The notes: generated by a model not told the origin, from the sequence alone. DNA of 14,367 bases from a virus (IMGVR_UViG_2562617113_000020:1-14367); one strand, 5' to 3'; counted from the stretch's first letter, positions 1 to 9,838 are shown. Program-made: numbers and translations.

Positions 1-648
1 ATGAAACACCGGACCTGGATCACTGAAGCTTTACGTCTTCACTTTGAAGAACATTTACCCCGGGTTGTGGCCGGGCGTCGCCTGGGTGTACCAAAATCAA
101 CAGTTTGTAGTATGTTCGTGCGCTTTCGGAGAGCTGGCCTTTCGTGGCCTTTGCCCGCAGGCATGTCGGAGCAGGAACTTGATGCCTGCCTTTACGGACA
201 ATTTTCCACGGTACCAGTCGTACGTCCTGAAAGCACCGTTATATCCGAAGCCCCCGTGGTAAAAAAACGTCCCCGGCGGCCCAACTTCCCTTATGAGTTT
301 AAAATCGCCTTAGTGGAGCAGTCACTGCAGCCCGGAGCCTGTGTGGCGCAGATCGCCCGGGAAAACGGAATCAACGATAACCTGCTCTTCAACTGGCGCC
401 ATCAATACCGGAAAGGTGGCCTGCTGCCTTCCGGAAAAAATATGCCGGCACTGCTTCCCGTGACGTTAACGCCGGAGCCGGATAATAAAATCCCGGCCCC
501 CGCACAGGAACCAGAGCAGATAAATACACCGTCCGACAGTCTGTGTTGTGAGCTGGTTCTGCCGGCCGGAACTCTCAGGCTTAAAGGTAAACTGACGCCG
601 GCGTTATTACAGACACTTATCCGCGAAATAAAAGGGAGCAGCCACTGA
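1..648 (+). CDS. tnpA: IS66-family accessory protein TnpA (Orf1), helix-turn-helix; possibly N-terminally extended (215 aa; alternative start at Met55)
   Basis: ORF begins at window base 1; C-terminal half (PRRPNFPYEFKIALVEQSL...VAQIARENGINDNLLFNWRHQYRKG) matches the IS3/IS66 Orf1 HTH pattern; stop overlaps tnpB start (ATGA at 645-650). Confidence 0.75.
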   Translation: MKHRTWITEALRLHFEEHLPRVVAGRRLGVPKSTVCSMFVRFRRAGLSWPLPAGMSEQELDACLYGQFSTVPVVRPESTVISEAPVVKKRPRRPNFPYEFKIALVEQSLQPGACVAQIARENGINDNLLFNWRHQYRKGGLLPSGKNMPALLPVTLTPEPDNKIPAPAQEPEQINTPSDSLCCELVLPAGTLRLKGKLTPALLQTLIREIKGSSH

Positions 649-995
649 TGATATCTCTCCCTGCAGGTTCGCGTATCTGGCTGGTTGCAGGTATCACCGA
701 TATGCGAAATGGCTTTAACGGCCTGGCATCAAAAGTTCAGAACGTCCTGAAGGATGACCCGTTCTCCGGACACCTGTTCATCTTCCGCGGACGCCGGGGT
801 GACCAGATAAAAGTGTTGTGGGCTGACAGTGACGGACTGTGCCTCTTCACCAAACGCCTGGAGCGGGGCCGCTTCGTCTGGCCAGTCACCCGTGACGGCA
901 AGGTGCACCTTACTCCGGCTCAGTTATCCATGCTTCTTGAAGGTATCAACTGGAAGCACCCGAAACGAACGGAACGCGCTGGAATCCGCATATAA
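648..995 (+). CDS. tnpB: IS66-family TnpB (Orf2)
   Basis: 115-aa product MISLPAGSRIWLVAGITDMRNGFNGLA...KVLWADSDGLCLFTKRLERGRFVWP is the characteristic IS66 Orf2 sequence; position between tnpA and tnpC. Confidence 0.9.
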   Translation: MISLPAGSRIWLVAGITDMRNGFNGLASKVQNVLKDDPFSGHLFIFRGRRGDQIKVLWADSDGLCLFTKRLERGRFVWPVTRDGKVHLTPAQLSMLLEGINWKHPKRTERAGIRI

Positions 996-1014
996 CCCGT
1001 TGTAAAGTGAGGAT

Positions 1015-2586
1015 ATGGACACCTCACTTGCTCATGAGAACGCCCGCCTGCGGGCACTGTTGCAGACGCAACAGGACACCATCCGCCAGATGGCTGAATA
1101 CAACCGCCTGCTCTCACAGCGGGTGGCGGCTTATGCTTCCGAAATCAACCGGCTGAAGGCGCTGGTTGCGAAACTGCAACGTATGCAGTTCGGTAAAAGC
1201 TCAGAAAAACTTCGTGCAAAAACCGAACGGCAGATACAGGAAGCACAGGAGCGAATCAGCGCACTTCAGGAAGAAATGGCGGAAACGCTGGGTGAGCAAT
1301 ATGACCCGGTACTGCCATCCGCCCTGCGCCAGTCTTCAGCCCGTAAACCGTTACCGGCCTCACTTCCCCGTGAAACCCGGGTTATCCGGCCGGAAGAGGA
1401 ATGCTGTCCTGCCTGTGGTGGTGAACTCAGTTCTCTGGGATGTGATGTGTCAGAGCAACTGGAGCTTATCAGCAGCGCCTTTAAGGTTATCGAAACACAA
1501 CGTCCGAAACAGGCCTGTTGCCGGTGCGACCATATCGTGCAGGCACCAGTACCTTCAAAACCCATTGCACGCAGTTATGCCGGAGCGGGGCTTCTGGCCC
1601 ATGTTGTCACCGGGAAATATGCAGACCATCTGCCGTTATACCGCCAGTCAGAAATATACCGTCGTCAGGGAGTGGAGCTGAGCCGTGCCACACTGGGGCG
1701 CTGGACAGGTGCTGTTGCTGAACTGCTGGAGCCGCTGTATGACGTCCTGCGCCAGTATGTGCTGATGCCCGGTAAAGTCCATGCTGATGATATCCCCGTC
1801 CCGGTCCAGGAGCCGGGCAGCGGTAAAACCCGGACAGCCCGGCTGTGGGTCTACGTCCGTGATGACCGTAACGCCGGTTCACAGATGCCCCCGGCGGTCT
1901 GGTTCGCGTACAGTCCGGACCGGAAAGGTATCCATCCACAAAATCACCTGGCCGGTTACAGCGGTGTGCTTCAGGCCGATGCTTACGGTGGTTACCGGGC
2001 GTTATACGAATCCGGCAGAATAACGGAAGCCGCGTGTATGGCTCATGCCCGGAGAAAAAATCCACGATGTGCATGCAAGAGCGCCCACCTACATCACCAC
2101 GGAAGCCCTGCAGCGTATCGGTGAACTGTATGCCATCGAGGCAGAGGTCCGGGGCTGTTCAGCAGAACAGCGTCTGGCGGCAAGAAAAAGCCAGAGCCGC
2201 GCCACTGATGCAGTCACTGTATGACTGGATACAGCAACAGATGAAAACACTGTCGCGTCACTCAGTACGGCAAAAGCGTTCGCATACCTGCTGAAACAGT
2301 GGGATCACTGAACGTGTACTGCAGTAATGGCTGGGTGGAAATCGACAACAACATCGCAGAGAACGCCTTACGGGGAGTGGCCGTAGGCCGGAAAAACTGG
2401 ATGTTCGCGGGTTCCGACAGCGGTGGTGAACATGCGGCGGTGTTGTACTCGCTGATCGGCACATGCCGTCTGAACAATGTGGAGCCAGAAAAGTGGCTGC
2501 GTTACGTCATTGAACATATCCAGGACTGGCCGGCAAACCGGGTACGCGATCTGTTGCCCTGGAAAGTTGATCTGAGCTCTCAGTAA
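1015..2586 (+). pseudogene. tnpC: IS66-family DDE transposase TnpC, reading frame interrupted by four single-base indels (+1 near 2055-2060, +1 near 2185-2189, -1 near 2265, -1 near 2306)
   Basis: 369-aa ORF 1015-2124 ends prematurely; protein-like continuation found in shifted frames ([30 protein letters not shown]..., then [23 protein letters not shown], then [13 protein letters not shown], then LNVYCSNGWVEIDNNIAENALRGVAVGRKNWMFAGSDSGGEH... to stop at 2584-2586); net frame change is zero. Confidence 0.8.
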
Positions 2587-2616
2587 ATATCAATACGGTT
2601 CTGACGAGTCGCTTAC
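2586..2616. repeat. IS66 right terminal inverted repeat (inferred), ending ...CTGACGAGTCGCTTAC
   Basis: Reverse complement begins GTAAGCGACTCGTCAG, the characteristic IS66-family terminus; follows directly after tnpC stop. Left copy not in window so pairing cannot be confirmed. Confidence 0.5.
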
Positions 2617-2664
2617 GGCTATACGCGCTTTGGCAGGTAATGAAAAATTAATCTGTTAATGAGT

Positions 2665-2687
2665 CCCACTCCGGTGGGATTTTTTAT
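2665..2687 (+). terminator. Short hairpin (CCCAC-tccg-GTGGG) followed by ATTTTTTAT; possible intrinsic terminator at the IS/prophage junction
   Basis: 5-bp stem, 4-nt loop and T-run read directly in sequence, 14 bp upstream of the DNA circulation gene start; weak stem. Confidence 0.25.
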
Positions 2688-2700
2688 GTACGGAGTTTAT

Positions 2701-4029
2701 ATGACGTGGAAAGACAGACTTCAGGACGCGTCATTTCGCGGTGTGCCGTTTAAGGTTGAAGAAGAAAGTGCGGGAACCGGTCGTCGTGTGGAAACGCACG
2801 AATACCCGAACCGCGACAAACCCTATGCCGAAGACCTGGGGAAAATCACTTTCCGCCCGTCCATCACGGCTTATGTGGTGGGAGATGACTGCTTTGACCA
2901 GCGCGATCGCCTGATTGACGCGCTGAATAAACCCGGTCCCGGCACGCTTGTCCATCCGACATACGGTGAGCTGAAAGTCTGTGTTGACGGGGAGGTTCGG
3001 GTCAGCACATCGAAGAGTGAAGGGCGTATTGTCCGCTTTGACCTGAAGTTTGTCGAAGCGGGAGAACTCTCTTACCCCACATCAGGTGCGGCGACGGCGC
3101 AGACGCTGATGTCATCCTGTTCTGCACTGGATGACTGCATCAGTGACAGTTTCAGTGGTTTCAGTATCGATGGCGTGGCAGATTTTGTGCAGAACGACGT
3201 CGTCGGTAATGCCAGCACAATGCTTGGGTATGTTTCTGATGCGATGAAAGTGGTGGATTCTGCCGTATCGGATGCCGCCAGGCTGTTGCAGGGGGATATC
3301 TCGGTACTTCTGCCGCCGCCATCGTCAGGCAAAAATTTCGTTGAGCAGGTGCAGAAAATGTGGCGTACCGGGAAACGCCTTTATGGTAACGCCAGCGACC
3401 TGGTCACCATGATCAAAACGCTTTCCGGTGTCAGCCTCGGCAGCGATCTGCAACCGCGCGGCGTCTGGAAAACGGACAGTAAAACCACCGCCACGGCGAC
3501 GCAGCAGCGTAACGTGGTTGCCAGCACCCTTCGTACGACCGCAATCAGCGAAGCGGCGTATGCCGTCACCCGATTGCCTGCGCCAACAACTTCCGCGGTG
3601 ATGCAGAATGCCGCAGTGGAGCAGGCAACAACACCTGCGCAGAGCACTGGCTGGCCTTCCGTCACGCATCCGGCACTGAACAATGCACCGGCGGTGAAAA
3701 ACACGGTTGACCTGCCGACGTGGGAAGAACTGACTGACATTCGCGACACACTGAATACGGCAATTGATAAGGAGTTGTCCCGTACAACCAGTGATGCGCT
3801 GTTTCTGGCGCTGCGCCGGGTGAAAGCAGATCTGAATGCGGATATCAACACGCGCCTTGAACAGTCTGCACGGATCATTCAGCGCACACCGGATGAGGTT
3901 TTACCCGCGCTGGTGCTGGCGGCGACCTGGTTTGATAACGCGGCGCGTGACGCGGACATTATCCGGCGTAATGCCATTACGCATCCCGGCTTTGTGCCGG
4001 TGATCCCTCTGAAGGTGCCAGTGCAATGA
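2701..4029 (+). CDS. Mu-like phage DNA circulation protein (Mu gp43 family)
   Basis: N-terminus MTWKDRLQDASFRGVPFKVEEE...HEYPNRDKPYAEDLG matches the DNA circulation N-terminal domain; RBS GGAG at 2692-2695; the longest ORF (from 2659) would add 14 aa that run through the upstream hairpin. First gene of a co-directional tail/baseplate operon. Confidence 0.85.
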   Translation: MTWKDRLQDASFRGVPFKVEEESAGTGRRVETHEYPNRDKPYAEDLGKITFRPSITAYVVGDDCFDQRDRLIDALNKPGPGTLVHPTYGELKVCVDGEVRVSTSKSEGRIVRFDLKFVEAGELSYPTSGAATAQTLMSSCSALDDCISDSFSGFSIDGVADFVQNDVVGNASTMLGYVSDAMKVVDSAVSDAARLLQGDISVLLPPPSSGKNFVEQVQKMWRTGKRLYGNASDLVTMIKTLSGVSLGSDLQPRGVWKTDSKTTATATQQRNVVASTLRTTAISEAAYAVTRLPAPTTSAVMQNAAVEQATTPAQSTGWPSVTHPALNNAPAVKNTVDLPTWEELTDIRDTLNTAIDKELSRTTSDALFLALRRVKADLNADINTRLEQSARIIQRTPDEVLPALVLAATWFDNAARDADIIRRNAITHPGFVPVIPLKVPVQ

Positions 4030-5105
4030 ACGACAATGTCACGCTACGGGTAAATGGCCGGGAGTGGAATGGCTGGACATCGGTGCGCATCGGTGCCGGT
4101 ATTGAACGGCTGGCGCGGGATTTCAGTGTGGAGATCACCCGCCAGTGGCCGGGTGATGAGGGTATCACCACGCTTCAACCGCGCATTAAAAACGGTTCAA
4201 AAGTGGAGGTGCTGATTGGTGATGAGCTGGTGATCACCGGCTGGGTGGAGGCGACGCCCGTTCGTTACGATGCCCGTTCGGTCAGCACCGGTATTGCCGG
4301 ACGCAGTCTGACCGCTGACCTGATTGATTGTGCAGCCGAACCGACACAGTTTAACGGACGATCACTGGTACAGATTGCGCAGGCGCTTGCTGCGCCCTTC
4401 GGCATTGAGGTGGTGAACAGCGGTGCGCCGTCGGGTGTTATTCCTGATGTCCAGCCTGATCACGGTGAAACGGTGATCGAGGTGATTAACAAAATACTCG
4501 GTCAGCAGCAGGCGCTGGCTTATGACGACCCGCACGGCAGGCTGGTGATTGGCGGTATTGGCTCAACGCGGGCACATACCGCGCTGGTACTTGGGGAAAA
4601 CATCCTTTCCTGCGATACGGAGAAGAGTATCCGGGAGCGGTTTTCTGTTTACCAGGTGGCGGGGCAGCGTGCCGGAAACGACGATGATTTCGGTGAGGCC
4701 ACCACAACCGCGCTGCGGGCCCGCACAGAGGACGCATTTATTGCCCGTTACCGTCCGATGTATATCAGGCAGACAGGGCAGGCTACGGGGGCAGGCTGTA
4801 TTGCGCGTGCTGACTTTGAAGCCCGACAACGGGCGGCGCGGACGGATGAAACCACCTATGTGGTGCAGGGCTGGCGACAGGGTAACGGTACGCTGTGGCA
4901 GCCCAACCAGCGGGTGATTGTCTTCGATCCGGTCTGTGGTTTCGACAATACCGAACTGCTTGTCTCGGAAGTCACGTTTACTCAGGACCAGAACGGAACC
5001 CTGACGGAAATCCGTGTCGGCCCACCTGATGCTTATCTGCCTGAACCCGAAGCCCCCGGCGCGCGGAAAAAGAAAAAAGCCAGAGTACAGGAGGACCCGT
5101 TCTGA
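4026..5105 (+). CDS. Mu gp44 (P)-like tail/baseplate hub protein (late control D-like)
   Basis: 359-aa ORF with start overlapping upstream stop (ATGA); position and size match Mu gp44 after the DNA circulation gene. Confidence 0.7.
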   Translation: MNDNVTLRVNGREWNGWTSVRIGAGIERLARDFSVEITRQWPGDEGITTLQPRIKNGSKVEVLIGDELVITGWVEATPVRYDARSVSTGIAGRSLTADLIDCAAEPTQFNGRSLVQIAQALAAPFGIEVVNSGAPSGVIPDVQPDHGETVIEVINKILGQQQALAYDDPHGRLVIGGIGSTRAHTALVLGENILSCDTEKSIRERFSVYQVAGQRAGNDDDFGEATTTALRARTEDAFIARYRPMYIRQTGQATGAGCIARADFEARQRAARTDETTYVVQGWRQGNGTLWQPNQRVIVFDPVCGFDNTELLVSEVTFTQDQNGTLTEIRVGPPDAYLPEPEAPGARKKKKARVQEDPF

Positions 5106-5653
5106 TGAGGACGATTGAAGCCATGCAGCGACAACTCCTCGGCCTGATTGGGCGGGCCGTGGTGAAAAGCATCAGTGCCGCCACGAAATGTCAGACCGTG
5201 GATGTGTCCCTGATTGCCGGTGAACCCAAAGCCGGGGTTGAACATCTTGAACCCTACGGTTTTACCGCAAGGGCAAACAGCGGTGCGGAAGCGGTGGTGT
5301 TGTTTCCGGATGGCGACCGTTCTCATGCGGTGGTTGTTACGGTGTCGGACCGGCGCTACCGCCTGAAAGGGCTGCAGACGGGTGAGGTGGCTGTCTATGA
5401 CGATCAGGGGCAGTCCGTGACGCTGACCCGGACGGGTATCGTGGTGGACGGCGGCGGGAAAACGCTCACGTTTCGCAATGCGCCCAGAGCACGTTTTGAA
5501 ATGGACCTGGAAGTGACCGGACAGGTGAAAGACCTGTGCGACTCCGGCGGCACCACCATGTCAGCGATGCGGCTTGCCTATAACGGGCATCGTCACAGAG
5601 AGAACGGTCAGGGCAGTAACACCGACAAACCTGATAAAGCGATGGAGGCATGA
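5105..5653 (+). CDS. Baseplate assembly protein V / Mu gp45-like spike protein
   Basis: 182-aa ORF translationally coupled to neighbours; size and position match the gpV/gp45 small spike protein. Confidence 0.7.
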   Translation: MRTIEAMQRQLLGLIGRAVVKSISAATKCQTVDVSLIAGEPKAGVEHLEPYGFTARANSGAEAVVLFPDGDRSHAVVVTVSDRRYRLKGLQTGEVAVYDDQGQSVTLTRTGIVVDGGGKTLTFRNAPRARFEMDLEVTGQVKDLCDSGGTTMSAMRLAYNGHRHRENGQGSNTDKPDKAMEA

Positions 5654-6066
5654 TGGAACTGTGGCTGACGGTGAACGGTAAATGCACCTGTGCCAGCGCA
5701 CCGCTGGAGCCGCTGACCCGCGCTGTGGTGATTTCCCTGTTCACCTGGCGGCGGGCGGAGCCTGATGACAATGCCGACGTCCCGATGGGATGGTGGGGGG
5801 ATACCTGGCCTGCGGTACAGAATGACCGTTACGGCTCCCGACTGTGGCTGCTTCAGCGCAGCAAACTGACCAATCAGCTGGTGCAGACAGTAAGGGGGTA
5901 TATCCGCGAATGCCTGCAATGGATGATTGATGACGGCGTGGTGTCCCGTATTGATCTGGATATCCGCCGCACCGGGATTAATGAACTGGGTAACAGTATC
6001 ACTCTCTGGCGTCGTGACGGACCGGTAATGATTTCTTTTGATGATCTGTGGAGTGCGATAACGCAT
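5650..6066 (+). CDS. Mu gp46-like baseplate protein (GP46 family, gp25/lysozyme-like wedge)
   Basis: 142-aa ORF overlapping both neighbours by 4 bp; conserved position between spike and baseplate J genes. Confidence 0.7.
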
Positions 6067-7123
6067 GGCGGACAGTGAATTTCAGCGCCCGACGCTGGCA
6101 GAAAATATCAGTATGCTCCGTAACGATTTATTCGCCAGGCTGGACGTCAGCGACACGCTCCGGCGCATGGATGAAGACGTGCGGGCAAAGGTGTATGCGG
6201 CGGCGCTGCATACGGTTTACGGGTACATCGATTATCTGGCAATGAACATGCTGCCTGACCTGTGCGATGAGTCCTGGCTGGCGCGACATGCTGCGATGAA
6301 ACGGTGTCCGCGCAAGGGGGCCACGGCTGCCAGCGGGTATATGCGCTGGGAAGGTGTCAGCGATGGCCTGAAGGTGACCGCCGGGAGTGTTATTCAGCGC
6401 GATGACCTGGTTCAGTATACTGCAACTGCCGATGCAACCAGCTCCGGTGGTGTCCTGCGCGTGCCGATCGCCTGCTCAAATGCAGGCGCGGTCGGTAACG
6501 CTGACGACGGTACGGCATTAATCCTGGTCACGCCGGTGAATGGTCTGCCGTCTTCCGGTGTGGCTGACACCCTGACAGGCGGATTTGATACTGAAGAGCT
6601 GGAAACGTGGCGCGCCCGCGTCATTGAGCGGTATTACTGGACGCCGCAGGGCGGGGCTGACGGGGACTATGTCGTCTGGGCTAAAGAAGTGCCCGGCATT
6701 ACCCGCGCATGGACATACCGTCACTGGATGGGAACGGGAACTGTCGGTGTGATGATTGCCAGCAGTGACCTGATTAATCCCATTCCGGAAGAATCAACGG
6801 AAACGGCGGCAAGACAACATATCGGGCCACTGGCCCCGGTGGCAGGCTCTGATTTGTATGTGTTCAGGCCGGTGGCACATACGGTGGATTTTCATATCCG
6901 CGTGACGCCGGACACACCGGAAATACGGGCTGCCATCACCGCGGAGTTGCGTTCGTTCCTGCTGCGTGATGGTTATCCGCAGGGAGAACTGAAGGTATCG
7001 CGTATCAGTGAGGCGATTTCCGGTGCGAACGGGGAATACAGCCATCAGTTGCTTGCACCGGCAGACAATATCTCCATTGCAAAAAATGAACTGGCGGTAC
7101 TGGGGACGATTTCATGGACGTGA
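6065..7123 (+). CDS. Baseplate J-like protein (Mu gp47 / JayE-like)
   Basis: 352-aa ORF; size, position and sequence character match the baseplate J family in Mu-like and e14-like tail modules. Confidence 0.8.
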   Translation: MADSEFQRPTLAENISMLRNDLFARLDVSDTLRRMDEDVRAKVYAAALHTVYGYIDYLAMNMLPDLCDESWLARHAAMKRCPRKGATAASGYMRWEGVSDGLKVTAGSVIQRDDLVQYTATADATSSGGVLRVPIACSNAGAVGNADDGTALILVTPVNGLPSSGVADTLTGGFDTEELETWRARVIERYYWTPQGGADGDYVVWAKEVPGITRAWTYRHWMGTGTVGVMIASSDLINPIPEESTETAARQHIGPLAPVAGSDLYVFRPVAHTVDFHIRVTPDTPEIRAAITAELRSFLLRDGYPQGELKVSRISEAISGANGEYSHQLLAPADNISIAKNELAVLGTISWT

Positions 7124-7698
7124 CAAACGATGATTACATCCGTCTGTTGTCGGCACTGTTGCCCCCCGGTCCGGCGTGGTCAGCCGGCGATCCGGCGATT
7201 GCCGGTGCGGCACCGTCATTAACCCGCGTTCATCAGCGTGCGGATGCCCTGATGCGGGAGCTGGATCCGCGCACAACCACCGAACTGATAAACCGCTGGG
7301 AGCGTCTGTGCGGCCTGCCGGATGAATGTATTCCGGCAGGGACGCAGACCCTTCGCCAGCGTCAGCAACGGCTGGATGCGAAGGTTAATCTGGCGGGCGG
7401 CATCAACGAGGATTTTTACCTTGCACAGCTTGCTGCCCTGGGCAGACCAGACGCCACCATCACGCGATACGACAAAAGCACGTTCACCTGCTCATCTGCC
7501 TGTACTGACGCGGTGAATGCGCCGGAATGGCGGTATTACTGGCAGGTCAACATGCCAGCCGCCACCAACACCACCTGGATGACATGTGGCGATCCCTGTG
7601 ATTCCGCACTGCGTATCTGGGGGGACACCGTTGTCGAGTGCGTGCTTAACAAACTCTGCCCGTCGCATACCTACGTAATTTTTAAATATCCGGAGTAA
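7114..7698 (+). CDS. Mu gp48-like tail protein (P2 gpI-like, DUF2313; YmfQ-like)
   Basis: 194-aa ORF overlapping the J gene stop; located immediately upstream of the tail-fibre gene as in Mu and e14. Confidence 0.7.
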   Translation: MDVTNDDYIRLLSALLPPGPAWSAGDPAIAGAAPSLTRVHQRADALMRELDPRTTTELINRWERLCGLPDECIPAGTQTLRQRQQRLDAKVNLAGGINEDFYLAQLAALGRPDATITRYDKSTFTCSSACTDAVNAPEWRYYWQVNMPAATNTTWMTCGDPCDSALRIWGDTVVECVLNKLCPSHTYVIFKYPE

Positions 7699-7701
7699 TC
7701 C

Positions 7702-8364
7702 ATGCATCGTATAGACACGAAAACCGCGCAGAAGGATAAGTTCGGCGCGGGTAAAAACGGTTTTACCCGTGGTAACCCCCAGACTGGCACGCCTGCTACC
7801 GATCTGGATGATGACTACTTTGACATGTTGCAGGAAGAGCTTTGTGGCGTGGTGGAGGCATCCGGTGCCAGCCTGGAGAAGGGGCGAAACGACCAGTTGC
7901 TTACCGCGCTTCGTGCGCTGCTGTTAAGTCGCAAAAATCCGTTTGGCGATATCAAATCGGACGGCACGGTGAAAACGGCTCTTCAAAACCTTGGTTTGGG
8001 AGAAGCGGCAAAACGGGATGTGGGGACAGGGGAAAATCAGATACCGGACATGGCCTCTTTTGCCAGTGGTGATGGATGGATGAAATTACCCAACGGGAAA
8101 ATCCTGCAATATGGTCGTGGTGCGGTTACGCCGACATTATCGACGCAAACAATGAGAATTACATTCAGCATCCCTTTCCCCAAAAAAGCGGACTGCGCCA
8201 TGCTTACTCATTCTGGTGATGGCGGTGCGCCTTTAGGCGCTGGGCGAGGGTTCGTGATGACTGCAGAAGGCCCAACGTTAACCGGCTTTAATTCTGCTTA
8301 CAGAACGTCATCAACCAGCGACACGGTATCGATGAATTACAGTTGGTGGGCTGTTGGTGAGTAA
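7702..8364 (+). CDS. Tail fibre protein, current orientation (constant N-terminal part 7702-7992 joined to invertible variable part Sv 7993-8364)
   Basis: RBS CGGAG at 7691-7695; 220-aa product; the gix-like crossover site lies inside the ORF (codons ALQNLGLGE), as in phage Mu S and e14 stfP. Confidence 0.8.
   Translation: MHRIDTKTAQKDKFGAGKNGFTRGNPQTGTPATDLDDDYFDMLQEELCGVVEASGASLEKGRNDQLLTALRALLLSRKNPFGDIKSDGTVKTALQNLGLGEAAKRDVGTGENQIPDMASFASGDGWMKLPNGKILQYGRGAVTPTLSTQTMRITFSIPFPKKADCAMLTHSGDGGAPLGAGRGFVMTAEGPTLTGFNSAYRTSSTSDTVSMNYSWWAVGE
7979..8004. repeat. gix/hix-like recombination site (left): CTCTTCAAAACC-TT-GGTTTGGGAGAA
   Basis: 12+2+12 bp site with AAACC/GGTTT symmetry around a central dinucleotide; a 15-bp perfect inverted repeat (7991-8005 vs 9824-9838) is shared with the right site. 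Confidence 0.75.
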
Positions 8365-8375
8365 TTTTATTCAGG

Positions 8376-8828
8376 GTGATTTATATGAACGAATATGTTT
8401 ATAGCGCAAGGCATAATGCTTTTTTCCCTGTGGATATGATTGATAAATATAAATCAGAGGGATGGGATTTATCAGATGCTAAGGAAGTGAATCAAAATAT
8501 TATCAGTGAGTTTATGGCTGAACCGCCACAAGGAAAAATCCGTATTGCCGGAAATGATGGGCTGCCTGCGTGGGCAGATATTCCTCCACCCACGCATGAA
8601 GAGCTTATTGAAATTACTGAATCAGAAAGACAGCTATTAATTAACCAGGCCAACGAATACATGAACAGTAAACAATGGCCCGGTAAAGCCGCTATTGGTC
8701 GTCTGAAAGGTGACGAACTGGCGCAATATAATTTGTGGCTGGATTATCTGGACGCACTGGAGCTGGTCGATACTTCCGGTGCGCCAGATATTGAATGGCC
8801 TACGCCTCCGGCAGTTCAGGCCAGATGA
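8376..8828 (+). CDS. Tail fibre assembly protein (Tfa / Mu U-like), expressed in current orientation
   Basis: 150-aa product with N-terminal NAFFP motif and conserved C-terminus (LDYLDALELVDTSGAPDIEWPTPP) typical of Tfa chaperones. Confidence 0.85.
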   Translation: MIYMNEYVYSARHNAFFPVDMIDKYKSEGWDLSDAKEVNQNIISEFMAEPPQGKIRIAGNDGLPAWADIPPPTHEELIEITESERQLLINQANEYMNSKQWPGKAAIGRLKGDELAQYNLWLDYLDALELVDTSGAPDIEWPTPPAVQAR

Positions 8829-9402
8829 CATCCGGCGCGGTGCTGGTATCTGTTGCCGTCACCGCGTCAATGTAATCCAGCACAGCGTTAAGGCGGGTTG
8901 TTTCTGCCTGCGTCAGTTTACGTCCGGCCTGCAATTTCAGCTGAATCAGACTGATGGAGGCCATTGCAGTATCAATCAGCGACTGGCGCTGTGCTTCTGC
9001 TGCATCTACTGCTGCGCCGTGCTGTGCCTCGGTATCCGTCACCCATTTCTCACCATCCCATTTATCGTATGGCGTTAACGGGGCGATAGTGGTTGTATTA
9101 TCAGGGTAATCACCCGGAGCTGTGATTTCTTTTGATTCCCCTGTTTCGGTGCTAAAAACGATTTCACCGCGATGGTCTGGCATATATTCCCATGATTTTA
9201 AATCTGCTGAACGGCAGATAGTATAACCAGCCTTATATATACCAGGAGCATCTAAACAGGAATACGCCGGAATACCGACACCCACAACAAGATATTCGGT
9301 TGATGTGGAAAGATATTCCTTCGTCTCAGCATCAAAATTATAAACGGTAATGTTTCCTGCCTTTGTAGTAATGAGTTCGCTATTTAATACGGCTTTATTC
9401 AT
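8800..9402 (-). CDS. Alternative tail fibre assembly protein (Tfa' / Mu U'-like)
   Basis: 200-aa product with conserved Tfa C-terminus (LDYIDAVTATDTSTAPDVIWPELPEA); convergent with and overlapping the + strand tfa by 29 bp at the centre of the invertible segment. Confidence 0.85.
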   Translation of the reverse strand: MNKAVLNSELITTKAGNITVYNFDAETKEYLSTSTEYLVVGVGIPAYSCLDAPGIYKAGYTICRSADLKSWEYMPDHRGEIVFSTETGESKEITAPGDYPDNTTTIAPLTPYDKWDGEKWVTDTEAQHGAAVDAAEAQRQSLIDTAMASISLIQLKLQAGRKLTQAETTRLNAVLDYIDAVTATDTSTAPDVIWPELPEA

Positions 9403-9838
9403 CAGGCTGCCCTCACGATATAGTTAAATGCGACGTTGCGCGGCCGGGTTTCAGAACCACCAACCGATACCGTAGAAATTGAATTTGCCGTAATAAGTTC
9501 CCCGAAAGCATCAGCCGTAACTACGAACCGACCTCCCGTTGGATCAAAACCTGTTAGCGCATAGTACTTGTCAAACCAGTGCCCATGAGAAGCAAATAAA
9601 TGGTCTTGAGATGTCAACAAACCACGAGAGGAATCCACCCCGCGCCCATCATCCCATCCACGAATAAATTCACCGCGTAAATCAGGCAATTTATTTGTCG
9701 GGTAAGCCTTTGCCAGTTCCGGGTATTCTTCAGCAGAAAAAGCCGCACCATTGCATTTCAGCCAGCCTGTTGGCGGAGTGGCTGAAGGCCACGGAACAGG
9801 CACCCCAACAGGTAATGCTGAGCCTTCTCCCAAACCAA
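9402..9838 (-). CDS. Alternative tail-fibre variable C-terminal segment (S'v), lacking its own N-terminus; would fuse in frame to the constant part after inversion
   Basis: Reverse-strand ORF whose stop overlaps the tfa' start (ATGA); reading frame across the right gix site encodes N-V-G-L-G-E, matching N-L-G-L-G-E at the left site, so inversion gives an in-frame fusion. The 9839-9878 extension with ATG is read-through into the gix-gin spacer. Confidence 0.7.

Larger units (their letters stand above)
1..2616 (+). mobile_element. IS66-family insertion sequence, three-ORF organisation (tnpA-tnpB-tnpC); left terminus lies outside the window, right terminus at the inverted repeat ending ...GAGTCGCTTAC (2616)
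   Basis: Three consecutive same-strand ORFs with typical IS66 sizes and overlaps (tnpA stop overlaps tnpB start at 648); TnpB-like 115-aa protein; TnpC-like protein with CxxC...CxxC zinc-finger motif (CPACGG...CCRCDH) and conserved C-terminus; IS66-type terminal sequence GTAAGCG read on the reverse strand at 2610-2616. Confidence 0.85.
7993..9836. other. Invertible DNA segment (G/P-segment analogue, ~1.85 kb) carrying two alternative tail-fibre C-termini and two tail-fibre assembly genes
   Basis: Bounded by inverted gix-like sites; contains convergent Sv-tfa (+) and tfa'-S'v (-); adjacent serine invertase gene. Confidence 0.75.

Noticed and set aside
1166-2074. Several ORFs of 67-171 aa overlapping tnpC on both strands (1166-1681 +, 1266-1565 -, 1518-1721 +, 1607-2074 -, 1781-2023 +)
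   Set aside because: Alternative-frame and antisense ORFs inside a GC-rich transposase gene; Arg/Pro/Cys-rich low-complexity translations with no family resemblance.
2659-2700. Upstream ATG (2659) extending the DNA circulation protein by 14 aa
   Set aside because: The conserved N-terminal domain begins at MTWKDRLQ (2701) with a GGAG RBS; the extension runs through a hairpin and T-run.
3381-3878. 165-aa reverse-strand ORF inside the DNA circulation gene, plus other antisense ORFs inside baseplate genes (e.g. 5608-6066 -, 6794-7045 -)
   Set aside because: Fully nested antisense ORFs in GC-rich coding sequence with no RBS or family signal; typical shadow ORFs.
8710-9078. 122-aa + strand ORF antisense to the tfa' gene
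   Set aside because: Cys/Ile-rich translation nested in the opposite strand of a well-supported gene; shadow ORF.
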